Assembly: GCA_014859905.1 (NCBI GenBank)
Contig: JACZKT010000370.1
Span: 1 to 63,949 of the forward strand
Direction of reading: 5' to 3'
Source of the DNA: Rubrivivax sp.
Lineage (GTDB): Bacteria > Pseudomonadota > Gammaproteobacteria > Burkholderiales > Burkholderiaceae_C
Length of the DNA stretch: 63,949 nt
Part shown: piece after piece, positions 29,935 through 38,455 of the stretch
How the letters are laid out: each line of letters starts with the position of its first letter
Position numbering within the stretch: the first letter of the stretch is position 1
Notes under the pieces: generated by a model
Told to the model about the DNA's origin: nothing
Databases searched by the model: none
Seen by the model: only the letters and a program-made list of their open reading frames with translations
Made by a program: the position numbers and the translations under genes

Positions 29935-30393
29935 TCATCGCATCCAAAGAGCCGCGCTGCCGATGCCGAGCACGGCCCCGAGGACGAGCGTGGCGAGCAG
30001 GGGCGCGAGCCTGGTGCGAACGAGGCTGCCGTGGAGTTCGACCTGGCGGGCGATGTCCCTCACCGCCGGGGCCAGTTGTTCGGCAAACGCCAGGGTGGCT
30101 GCGTCCGTCATCGCCTTGCGATGGTCGGCCAGTGCCTGCGTGGTCGCGGCAGATGCGCGGCGCTCGATGTAGTCGGCCAAGGCCTTCTTCGTCGCTTCGG
30201 TGAGCTGCGCCACCTCGGCCGAGTACACCGTGCCGGCAGCGGTCAGCCCGGCAGCGGCAGATTCCAGCCGCTGCGAGCTGGCCGATAGACGCTCGCCGAC
30301 CGCGTCGGCCGCGGCGAGCACCGTGTCGACGCCGCGAAGTGCTTCGACGATCAGCGCTTCGCGCGCCGATCTTGCGTCCAGCGAATTGCCCAT
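29935..30393 (-). CDS. Helical hypothetical protein with C-terminal TM (third gene of the stb operon)
   Basis: Follows stbB; Ala-rich helices with a hydrophobic C-terminus. Confidence 0.6.
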   Translation of the reverse strand: MGNSLDARSAREALIVEALRGVDTVLAAADAVGERLSASSQRLESAAAGLTAAGTVYSAEVAQLTEATKKALADYIERRASAATTQALADHRKAMTDAATLAFAEQLAPAVRDIARQVELHGSLVRTRLAPLLATLVLGAVLGIGSAALWMR

Positions 30394-30403
30394 CAGTTTG
30401 CCA

Positions 30404-31144
30404 TCACGCTGCGACGGACAGTGCAAGCGAGGCTTGTAGCGTCTCCGGGAACAGCGCGGCGAACGCGGCATCCAGGTTCTTGTTGCAGGTCTTTGCCAGG
30501 CGCTTCATGGCGATCATCTGGATCGCAGCATCTTGTTCGTCCTCGTTTGCCGCCACACGCAACCGCTGCCGGTAGTCCGTCGCGTCGTCGTTCAGCGCGC
30601 CGATCGACAGCTGCTGTGTCTTGAGCATGGCGAACAGCTCATTCGCGAAGATGACGCCGCCCTCCGGAATCGTCGCCTCACCGCTGGCGCAGAACCCGAA
30701 CACACCGGCGAAGTCGGTGCGCAGATCGTCGTCGGTCTCGACCTTGTTGATCAGCACCAGGATCTTCGCGGCCGGCACGCCGATGGCGCGAAGTGCCCGG
30801 ATCGTGTTCACCGTGTCGGCCTGCTGCTTGCCGTCCTTGACCACCGGCACTACGAAGAGGTCGAACTCCTCCTGGCTGTCGGCGTAGTGCTGCATCATTT
30901 TGAGGAAGTCTTCGACGTTGGACGAGCCCACGTCCACGATCGCATCGTCCAGCTTCATGAGCCGCTGCAACAGATCGTTGTAGTGCTTGCCTCGCAGCCT
31001 GGCCACCTCGACGCCATCGCTGGACGCATCGACGTTCAGGCTCTCGACGCTGAAGACCTGGGCGTTCAGGCGAGGCTGCAACAGGTGGGCGGCGATCGTG
31101 CTCTTGCCGACGTTGCCGCTGAAGTTCAGGACGCAGACTTTCAT
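30404..31144 (-). CDS. stbB: StbB plasmid stability ATPase
   Basis: NFSGNVGKST, VESLN, VDVGSSNVE, KQQADT. Confidence 0.88.
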   Translation of the reverse strand: MKVCVLNFSGNVGKSTIAAHLLQPRLNAQVFSVESLNVDASSDGVEVARLRGKHYNDLLQRLMKLDDAIVDVGSSNVEDFLKMMQHYADSQEEFDLFVVPVVKDGKQQADTVNTIRALRAIGVPAAKILVLINKVETDDDLRTDFAGVFGFCASGEATIPEGGVIFANELFAMLKTQQLSIGALNDDATDYRQRLRVAANEDEQDAAIQMIAMKRLAKTCNKNLDAAFAALFPETLQASLALSVAA

Positions 31145-31620
31145 GGTTTCCCCTTTGGCGCCAACTTGGCGAGTGCTTTCATGTCGGGAGTGCTGCGCAT
31201 GACTTCGTCCAGTAGACGAGGGTCGTGCGCACCGAACTTCGATGTCGGACTGGCGGCCTCTGCAGTCGAAAGTGCAGGCGCTAGCGTGCGAACGCTGGCG
31301 ATCCTGGTCACTGCCGACGGGCCCGCCTGGCTGTCGGTGTCGACCTTTGGACCGGCGGTCGCGTTCAGCGCCGGCCTTGCCTGTGGCAAGCCTGGCGCCT
31401 CCTCGAGTTGCCTGCGCAGGCGGGCAATGACGTTCGAGAGCTGGTGCGGCGTGACCTCGATGCCCACGTCCAGGAGCGCCGTGACGATGTGGGCGCGCGG
31501 GCTCCCCTGAGCCATGGCCGCCTCGATCTGAGGCAACAGCGCCGCGATGCGGCGGGCCTTTGAAGGCGGGTGCTTGGCTGCGCTTCGTTCGAGGCTGGCC
31601 GTGAAGGCGTCCGGAGTCAT
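31141..31620 (-). CDS. stbA: StbA/TraK-like DNA-binding protein
   Basis: SKARRIAALLPQIEAAMAQG...IVTAL...GIEV...ARLRR; ATGA-coupled to stbB; near oriT. Confidence 0.65.
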   Translation of the reverse strand: MTPDAFTASLERSAAKHPPSKARRIAALLPQIEAAMAQGSPRAHIVTALLDVGIEVTPHQLSNVIARLRRQLEEAPGLPQARPALNATAGPKVDTDSQAGPSAVTRIASVRTLAPALSTAEAASPTSKFGAHDPRLLDEVMRSTPDMKALAKLAPKGKP

Positions 31621-31699
31621 TGGACGGCCGCCCACGAGGGGCGGCTGAGGGCAGGGTGCGTGTGATTGGGGTGCATCGGGCGTACCTTCTGCTGTTTGA

Positions 31700-31815
31700 A
31701 CATACAAACAGTGCAAGAGAAGTGCGTACCGAGACACTATAGGTGATTGCAATGCAAGAACAGTGCATATAAAGTAAATGCAAGCCGGTCGAACCGGCCT
31801 TCTTGTGCAACAGAG
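31700..31815. promoter_or_regulatory. AT-richer stb control region with repeated TGCA boxes
   Basis: AACAGTGCA at 31707 and 31759, TGCAAG three times, and a GCCGGT/ACCGGC hairpin near 31784-31798. Confidence 0.4.
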
Positions 31816-31945
31816 CGTACGTTTGGTGCTCTGGAAGCAAGCTTTTGGAGGCGATTCGAGTGCGTCACGGCTCAAAGTACGTACGACGTGCGTATGAGCC
31901 GGCGACCTGGCGCTGTCCTTGTGGTGTCTGAGTGAGTACCAACCA

Positions 31946-32251
31946 ATGAACCCGACTTTCGAGCGAGCGCTGTGGGCGAGCACCCCAGCGCTGCGGTGCC
32001 TGGCGCCGCTGGACGCCATCCTGGCGCCGGCCCTTGGGCTGTACTGGATCAGGACCTTGCCCGCCTCTGGCGGGCTCGTAGGAGCCGTGCTGGGGGTGTA
32101 CTGCCTCTGGATCGGGGCCAGGCGCGCCTATTGCGCGCTGTTCGAATTCGAGGCCTACCGCTGGATGACGCTTCGCCTGGCGAAGCTCGCCATCGCGACC
32201 TGGGTCGTGATGGCGATGGTCAAGCTCGTCTGGTTCATCCAGGGGTCGTGA
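31946..32251 (+). CDS. Small membrane protein (101 aa)
   Basis: Three hydrophobic segments; no recognised family. Confidence 0.55.
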   Translation: MNPTFERALWASTPALRCLAPLDAILAPALGLYWIRTLPASGGLVGAVLGVYCLWIGARRAYCALFEFEAYRWMTLRLAKLAIATWVVMAMVKLVWFIQGS

Positions 32252-32289
32252 TGCACGAGGGGATGCGACACCAAACACAGATGCGAAAG

Positions 32290-32366
32290 AGTGGAGAGCA
32301 GGATAGGCTGCGCCGGCTTGTTTGTGTCACGAGGCCTGCCCGATGAACACGGGCAGGCAGGCCTCG
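32290..32366 (-). other. oriT: Origin of transfer (MOBP/RP4-type nic site; predicted nick between 32299 and 32298 on the minus strand)
   Basis: Minus strand reads GCAGCCTATCCTG^CTC, matching RP4 CCTATCCTG^C; adjacent inverted repeat GAGGCCTGCC...GGCAGGCCTC; immediately upstream of mobC and the relaxase. Confidence 0.72.
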
Positions 32367-32948
32367 CAACGGGCGACGCTTCACGTCGATGTTGGCCCCG
32401 AGCTGTCGGCTCGTGTCCGGGCCGCGGCGGCGGCTGGTGGTCGCACCCCCTCTGAATGGACTCGCGAACTCCTCCAGCGGGAGCTGGCACAGGAGGCGGC
32501 ATCGGCAGACCCCGAGCATCAGCAACTGCACTCGGGGCCAGAAGCATCGGCGGCACCGCCTGGCCGCCTGGTGCTCGACGCCGAGCTGGCCAGCCTGCTG
32601 CAGCAGGTCCAGGTGCAGGGCCAGTTCCGAACGCGCCCTGCGGCGCTGCGCCTGGTGCTTCGTCACTTCATCGGTCAGGGCTCAACGCCGACGGCCGAGC
32701 CGGTCGACGCAACACCGCTCAAGGACGGCGTGGCTGCGCTCATGCGCTCGAACCACGAGCTGCTGCCGATCGGCAAGAACATCAACCAGATCGCCAAGTC
32801 GCTGAACGCGATGCAAGGCGGGTTTCGGAACACGGACACCAGGAGCCTGCAGGTCTTCGCGCAGGCGTTGCGGGAGCACGTCGAGCAGGCCGCACGGGTC
32901 GTCACGACGATCCGGGCGCTGGTGACACCTCACAAGGAGAAGTCTTGA
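32343..32948 (+). CDS. mobC: MobC relaxosome accessory protein
   Basis: N-terminal RHH; LLPIGKNINQIAKSLN MobC signature. Confidence 0.85.
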   Translation: MNTGRQASQRATLHVDVGPELSARVRAAAAAGGRTPSEWTRELLQRELAQEAASADPEHQQLHSGPEASAAPPGRLVLDAELASLLQQVQVQGQFRTRPAALRLVLRHFIGQGSTPTAEPVDATPLKDGVAALMRSNHELLPIGKNINQIAKSLNAMQGGFRNTDTRSLQVFAQALREHVEQAARVVTTIRALVTPHKEKS

Positions 32949-34051
32949 GCAACGACCGATCGAAGGCCGGCGCCCGCCCGGCCGTGCCGCAGGACACCGC
33001 GCGCAACACGCTGGACACCGACGGCATGCTGTCCGAGTGGGGCGCCAGGTTGTTCTATCCGATCCCCAAGGGCAAGGGTGGCGGGGGTGGCGGCAAGCTG
33101 CCACTGCTGACTGCCGTGGCCGCGCTGACTGCGGTGATGTCTCCGAACGAAGTGCGCAGCCGGGTGCGCAGCACGGTATCGCCTGGCGCGACGCAGGTGA
33201 TGGTCAAGATCACCGGCGGTGGCCGCGGCATGAAGGCCATCGCTGCCCACTTCCGGTACATCGGCCGCCAAGGCAAGGAAGAGGTCGGTGGCAAGGGCAA
33301 GACGCTGGAGATCGAGGACGAGCGCGGCGAGAAGATCCAGGGGCGCGACGGCCTGGTCCAGCTGGCCGACGAGTGGCGGGTCGCTGGCGCGTACATCGAC
33401 GACGACAGCCCGAGGCGAGAGGCCTTCAACATCATCTTCTCGATGCCGGCCGGCACGCCACCGGAGGCCGTGCGCGCGGCGACCGCCGAGGCTGCGCGCG
33501 AACTGTTTGAGGGGCACAAGTACGTGTTCGTCCTGCATGAAGACCAAGGAGCCCCCCACGTGCATCTTTCGGTTCGTGCCGATCGGTACGACGGCGTTCG
33601 CCTGTCACCCCGCAAGGCCGACCTGGATCGCTGGCGCGCGGTCTTTGCTCGGAATCTGCAAGACCGCGGCGTGAACGCGGTGGCCAGCCGGCAACCAGTC
33701 CGGGCCGCAAATCGGAACTACCGCAAGCTATGGGAAGAACGAGCGACGGGCCGGGGGCAGTTGACTCGGCAACGACCGGCGCAGCGGACCAGCGCACGGG
33801 CCCTAGCCGTCCGAGCCGACGCGATCAAGGCCTGGGAGCAGATTGCGCGCGCGCTGGCCAGTTCAAAGGATCCGGCGGACGTGCGTCTTGCCGTAGAGGC
33901 GGTCCGATATCTGGCGGAGGTCGCCCCCGGCGGGCAGGCGGCGGCACGGGTAGCTGCCCATCATGCGAAGCAATACGAGACTGACCGTTCCACTGGGGAA
34001 CGGGCTCCGACTACTGCAAAGCGTGATCGAGCCCAGGCGCTGAGTCGGTAG
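32945..34051 (+). CDS. MOBP (VirD2-like) relaxase
   Basis: QVMVKITG, HFRYIGR (catalytic Tyr), NIIFSMP, LHEDQGAPHVH (HUH); TTG start with AAGGAG RBS. Confidence 0.9.
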   Translation: MSNDRSKAGARPAVPQDTARNTLDTDGMLSEWGARLFYPIPKGKGGGGGGKLPLLTAVAALTAVMSPNEVRSRVRSTVSPGATQVMVKITGGGRGMKAIAAHFRYIGRQGKEEVGGKGKTLEIEDERGEKIQGRDGLVQLADEWRVAGAYIDDDSPRREAFNIIFSMPAGTPPEAVRAATAEAARELFEGHKYVFVLHEDQGAPHVHLSVRADRYDGVRLSPRKADLDRWRAVFARNLQDRGVNAVASRQPVRAANRNYRKLWEERATGRGQLTRQRPAQRTSARALAVRADAIKAWEQIARALASSKDPADVRLAVEAVRYLAEVAPGGQAAARVAAHHAKQYETDRSTGERAPTTAKRDRAQALSR

Positions 34052-34265
34052 CGGGATGCCAACCCACGATCTGCGCGCACTGGTCTACGGTCGCTATCGG
34101 CGGCTCAGAGGCCCGATGCGCAGGGACAGGGGGGAGCACCCGCATCCGGCCATTGTGTGGAGCTCTCCACAATGGCCGTGACCGTGATTTCAGACTTCGG
34201 CTGCGAGCGACGGCGCCCACTGCGAAGCTGCCCGCCGAAAGGCCATGCACCCTCGCGAGGCCCCC

Positions 34266-34517
34266 TCAAGGCGCCCATGCCACCACCTGAGGCTCATCCT
34301 GACGCGGCGAGCCCGTCGGTTGCGTCGCGGTGACCGGTGGCCCAGGCTCGTCATCGGTGCCGACCTCGCGCCCCCAGAACGCGCAGCCACGGTCAGGCAT
34401 GGCCCGTATGCCGGGCGGCAAGGCACACCTGGCTGCAGTGCCCTGGTAGACCAGTGCCAGGAAGTGCCGGCAGTGCCAGCAGGCCCGTGGGACGGCGGTG
34501 TGAGGCGTGAAGTGCAT
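34266..34517 (-). CDS. Small Cys-containing hypothetical protein
   Basis: CWHCRHF...C...GCAFWGREVGTDDE, possible Zn finger. Confidence 0.55.
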   Translation of the reverse strand: MHFTPHTAVPRACWHCRHFLALVYQGTAARCALPPGIRAMPDRGCAFWGREVGTDDEPGPPVTATQPTGSPRQDEPQVVAWAP

Positions 34518-34614
34518 GGCCGCCAGGATGACGGCTCGATAGCTCAATGGATGAGCCTGCCGGGGATCGCAGCCTCGAGCGCCCCATTGGCCGTGTCGAC
34601 TGCGCGCACGGGTG

Positions 34615-35709
34615 CTACCCCGTACGAGCCCGTCGCCGCGCTGGAAGCTCGATCGTGACGCCCACATCGCCCTCCGGGTAGCGCACGACGTGCCCGTGCC
34701 TGGCCATCAGGTCAGGTGCACCCCACTGCCTGTTCGACGGCGTGTCGTAGTTGAACCAGAGTGTCGGATTCCTGCCGCCGACGATGACCCGGGCCACGGC
34801 CTCGGCGTTCGGGTGCTTGAAGTAAGCGTTGTTGGTGCTGAAAACGAAGTGCCTGGCGTCGACGGCCCGGAGCAGGTCCTGCGTTACGTTGGCCCGGCTG
34901 CCGTGGTGGCTGAGCTTCACCGCGTCGATGGGCACGGGGCCGGCGATGCCGCGACGCCTGGCCAGCGCAGCCATCGCCGGCACCAGCACGGTCGGGAAGG
35001 CATCCGCGCTGAGCAGTACCGATGCCCCCTGGTGCTCCAGCAGCATGGCGATGCTCGATCCGTTGGGAACCGCCTTGTCGGTTGGCGTCACGCGGGCGGC
35101 CAGTGCCTCAATGCTGGGCAATTCACCCCTTGTCGCGGCTGGCTCGCGTTCGGCGCGATCGCGCTCCTTGCGGCGCAGGCGCTCCAGCTCCTTCGCCCAC
35201 ACCTTGTAGAGGTCGTCGAGCCTGTCGGGCGTCGGTGACAGCAGCGTGACCTTCGGCAGCCCCGGGGCAGTCAGCTCCACCCCGCCGCCGTCGGCCGGTG
35301 TGGAGACCGGCTGGCCTGACCATGCCAGGTTCCAGGGCAGTGCCTTGTCTCCGCCTCCGAGGATGTCGGCCAGTGACTGGCCCTCGGCGACACCCCGGAT
35401 CCGGGGCCTGGGCGGCGCGTTGAACCAGATGTCGCCGAAGCTCAGACCGAGGTCGTCATCGCTGAGCAGCAGCCGCGCGCCGCCGATGTGGTCGTGGTCG
35501 ATGTGGCTGACGACGAACAGGTCGATGTGCCTCTTGCCGTCGGCGCCGTGGGGGACCTGCAGCAGCCGGCGCCGCAGCGCCGGGTAGGCCTCGTCCGGGC
35601 CGGTGTCCACCAGCATGCGCCAGGTCGAGCGGCCGACCGGGCAGCTGACGAGCAGGCAGTCGCCGAAACCGGCGGGCAGAACCTCGAGGGTGATGGCGGG
35701 GTGGCTCAT
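34615..35709 (-). CDS. MBL-fold (ComEC/Avs1a-like) metallohydrolase
   Basis: PAGFGDC, VDTG, SHIDHDHIGG, NGSSI, KLSHHGS, HP. Confidence 0.85.
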   Translation of the reverse strand: MSHPAITLEVLPAGFGDCLLVSCPVGRSTWRMLVDTGPDEAYPALRRRLLQVPHGADGKRHIDLFVVSHIDHDHIGGARLLLSDDDLGLSFGDIWFNAPPRPRIRGVAEGQSLADILGGGDKALPWNLAWSGQPVSTPADGGGVELTAPGLPKVTLLSPTPDRLDDLYKVWAKELERLRRKERDRAEREPAATRGELPSIEALAARVTPTDKAVPNGSSIAMLLEHQGASVLLSADAFPTVLVPAMAALARRRGIAGPVPIDAVKLSHHGSRANVTQDLLRAVDARHFVFSTNNAYFKHPNAEAVARVIVGGRNPTLWFNYDTPSNRQWGAPDLMARHGHVVRYPEGDVGVTIELPARRRARTG

Positions 35710-36007
35710 GCGTGGCAACGATACCCCGCTGGTGTTCCGCCGCTTCAGACGGTGCCTCTTGCCGCGTGCTGCGCCTCCAGGGGCGGGTCAGTGCCACATT
35801 GCTGTCGACCAACTGCACCGGGGGAGCACCGGCAATCGACCCATTGTTGACCGCCAGCGAGCCAAATTCGTCGCCGCAAAGCCGACGCTCACACGGCAGT
35901 ACGAGGATCCTGCTTCACGAACTAGTCCAGGCCTCGGTCATATGGACGCGCCAAGACATTCACCGCAAATGACGCGTTGATGAACGAGCGAACCATGTCG
36001 GTTAGTT

Positions 36008-36631
36008 TCAAGGTGGCGGCCTGCCATTTTGTTTGTATCGATCAGACCCTGCCGTGCTACTAGACGAAATCATCGGAATCGTTCCGTTCGAGGAATACTC
36101 TATAACTCTCACGCCCTCCTGCGCGCATATGTATTGTAATCGCGTCTTGTAATTATTATCTAAGGAGGGCCCCAAGGTCACAGATGCAATCGCCGCATCA
36201 GGAATAGTTATATGTGTCATATCCATTTTGCAAACAAGACGCCATTCTCCCTCATGAGCAAATTCAGCTCCCTTGCTAAATGGATCAGATTTCTGTAGAC
36301 GCTCAGCCAGCAAACTCTGATCTGGCAGATATTCAACTCTTCGCAGTTCACTGAATGGCTCAGTGCCAAGGCACAAGTCGAATTCTATCATTACGCCTCT
36401 ATACCAACCACCATAATAAGCCCATAATAGTTTATTGTCTCGGTGTTCTGTAAATGACAAGATGCCCCGAGAAGCAGTTCCTGCTTCCGACCGAGAAAAC
36501 CCATCGAATGGGTCGCTAAAATGCATAGCCGGCGCCACGTAAAGCCGACGCTCCGCAATTATCTCCTGCACAAACGACAGATGATAATCGGTTTGGACTG
36601 GCCTGTATTTGTAGAAGATCCTATTCATCAT
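36008..36631 (-). CDS. DUF2971 family protein
   Basis: YKYR, FSDPFD, LLWAYYG...GVMIEF, VEY, K...FAHEGEWR, VTLGP; low GC. Confidence 0.75.
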   Translation of the reverse strand: MMNRIFYKYRPVQTDYHLSFVQEIIAERRLYVAPAMHFSDPFDGFSRSEAGTASRGILSFTEHRDNKLLWAYYGGWYRGVMIEFDLCLGTEPFSELRRVEYLPDQSLLAERLQKSDPFSKGAEFAHEGEWRLVCKMDMTHITIPDAAIASVTLGPSLDNNYKTRLQYICAQEGVRVIEYSSNGTIPMISSSSTAGSDRYKQNGRPPP

Positions 36632-37037
36632 TTTCCAACGAACTGGCCAATTCTCGACGGAGGAGAGAACTAGTGGTTCTAAGTCGATTCCTAAGTTCTT
36701 CCTTATCCCCCTCCTCCGATTTGAAACCAGTTGCCACCTGGAATACCTCTTCCAAATGATCGCAGAGCTTTTGAGGCGGTTTGCCACCATTGTGCAGCAA
36801 GTAAACCTGCTGTGATAAAGATCGAATCTTTCCTGGCCACTTGTCATAGCCACACTCCGGATTGCTACTCGATACCACGTCAATCAACTCGCTAAACACC
36901 TTGTATTTCTCAGTTCTTTTCCATTTCCTGATTTCGCGTTTGTGTGTGATTCGATCGCCCCAAAAGGCATTGAATAACTGATTGAAAAGACCGCCTGCCA
37001 AGACAGCCGATACTAGTGCGAGCCAACCAGTTTCCAT
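36621..37037 (-). CDS. N-terminally membrane-anchored hypothetical protein
   Basis: WLALVSAVLAGGLF TM segment followed by a charged helical region; overlaps the next gene. Confidence 0.7.
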   Translation of the reverse strand: METGWLALVSAVLAGGLFNQLFNAFWGDRITHKREIRKWKRTEKYKVFSELIDVVSSSNPECGYDKWPGKIRSLSQQVYLLHNGGKPPQKLCDHLEEVFQVATGFKSEEGDKEELRNRLRTTSSLLRRELASSLENDE

Positions 37038-37038
37038 T

Positions 37039-38160
37039 TTATCTTATGTCCTCTCGTATGCTTTCGATGATCTTGCCGAGGTGGTTCTTTCCTTTGCCAT
37101 TTGGGCCGACTCCCCAAAATGAGTCAGTAGGGCTTGTTTCAACGATGCTCGAGTCGCCGGTGCTTATAAGTGTCAGATATACATCTGGGTTCTGTATGAT
37201 TTTCGCCTTGACGATTTCATACATCTTCGAGATCTTTATACTGTTCCAATCTCTTCTAAGGTGATCGCCATTCTCCCGCCCTAGGCGAGCTGCTTCCTTC
37301 GCCGTTGATTGGTTGAGTATATTTGCCCACAATACTCGATCAGTGAACTTTTGCGCCTGATAGCAGTGTTCCGCAGTAGGCCAACTGATCTGATCAAAGA
37401 CTACCCTGTGAGCGCTGAAGTTGGAAAAACAGCCATAACGATAATTACTGTTGTAGAATTCCGTTTTATCAGTTTCGTAGTGCCCCTCGATTATTCTAGA
37501 ATAGTCTAGCATGAGTGGGTAGATATCAAAATTGGAGGTTGGTTCTCTGAGGAATAATCGCCCGAGCCGCTTGCTATAACGATGAGCTCCCGCCAGCACT
37601 TCTTCGATTGTTACCTTGGTCGCGTAGAAGTTATTCTGAATCTTGAGGAGTCTAGTCAAGCAGCGGAGTACTTTCCGGCTATCAGTCACCCCGTACAACC
37701 GGCGAACGCGACGCAAGATGCGCTTGCCCTTGGCGCTCCAGTTGCTGAGCTTCATTCCAACGGCCGTACTCGAAATGGAAAGGAGGTTTTCCGCTAGTAA
37801 CTCTTCTGACGTCGGCAAGAGCGTCGTAGGTAAAGCCGTCGATATCGGCGTCGCGTCGGGAAAATACTTATCATAGATGAGCACGTCAACAATCAAACTA
37901 CCTGAGGAGTTTGAGCTGATGCAGAGTCTCTTTCTCGGTATATTGTTGTCCGTGGCCAAGTACTCTACTGGTGCAATATTTATTCTGCGCAAACGCATGC
38001 GAAGGATGAATTCATCAAGATCGCCGGGCGATGAAAACAGTATATCTACATCGTTTGCTCTGGAATATTCTTCGTTCTGCTGAATACAGTAAGCCACCGA
38101 CCCCCGCAGTGTTATTTGTACCCCGCTGTTCATGACTGCTGAGAGTAGTTCTCTATTCAT
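37039..38160 (-). CDS. Nucleotidyltransferase-like (AbiEii/pol-beta-type) domain fused to a C-terminal NADAR (YbiA) domain
   Basis: N-terminal LRGSVA...R..DVDI...VDV; C-terminal FSNF, WPTAEHCYQAQKF, KAK..QN, LISTG...VE.SP.DSFWG...GKNHLGK. Confidence 0.75.
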   Translation of the reverse strand: MNRELLSAVMNSGVQITLRGSVAYCIQQNEEYSRANDVDILFSSPGDLDEFILRMRLRRINIAPVEYLATDNNIPRKRLCISSNSSGSLIVDVLIYDKYFPDATPISTALPTTLLPTSEELLAENLLSISSTAVGMKLSNWSAKGKRILRRVRRLYGVTDSRKVLRCLTRLLKIQNNFYATKVTIEEVLAGAHRYSKRLGRLFLREPTSNFDIYPLMLDYSRIIEGHYETDKTEFYNSNYRYGCFSNFSAHRVVFDQISWPTAEHCYQAQKFTDRVLWANILNQSTAKEAARLGRENGDHLRRDWNSIKISKMYEIVKAKIIQNPDVYLTLISTGDSSIVETSPTDSFWGVGPNGKGKNHLGKIIESIREDIR

Positions 38161-38455
38161 AGGTTTTGACAATATCGCGGCGGCGGCAATCGCCCGTGTC
38201 AGTGAACGGTTGATTGTGCTTGAAGTAGGTGTGACCGCGATCCTTCGTGTCGATGGTCAGATCGACGCGCTTGAGTGCGTATGCGATCGAAGTGTTCAAG
38301 GTCGATCTCGAAGACACGCTTGGGCAGCCTCGCCCAGTTGATCCGATGAGATGCACCTTACCGGCCCTCCACCAGTACCCGCTTATGGCCGAGTGGAGCA
38401 GTTGGTACGGTGACGTCGAGCGACAGCTGACCGTTGCATAGCGGCCAGCCAACGG

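Noticed and set aside
31780-31800. oriT at the GCCGGT/ACCGGC hairpin upstream of stbA
   Set aside because: No recognisable nic consensus; the match at 32298-32307 is much better, though this site is not fully excluded.
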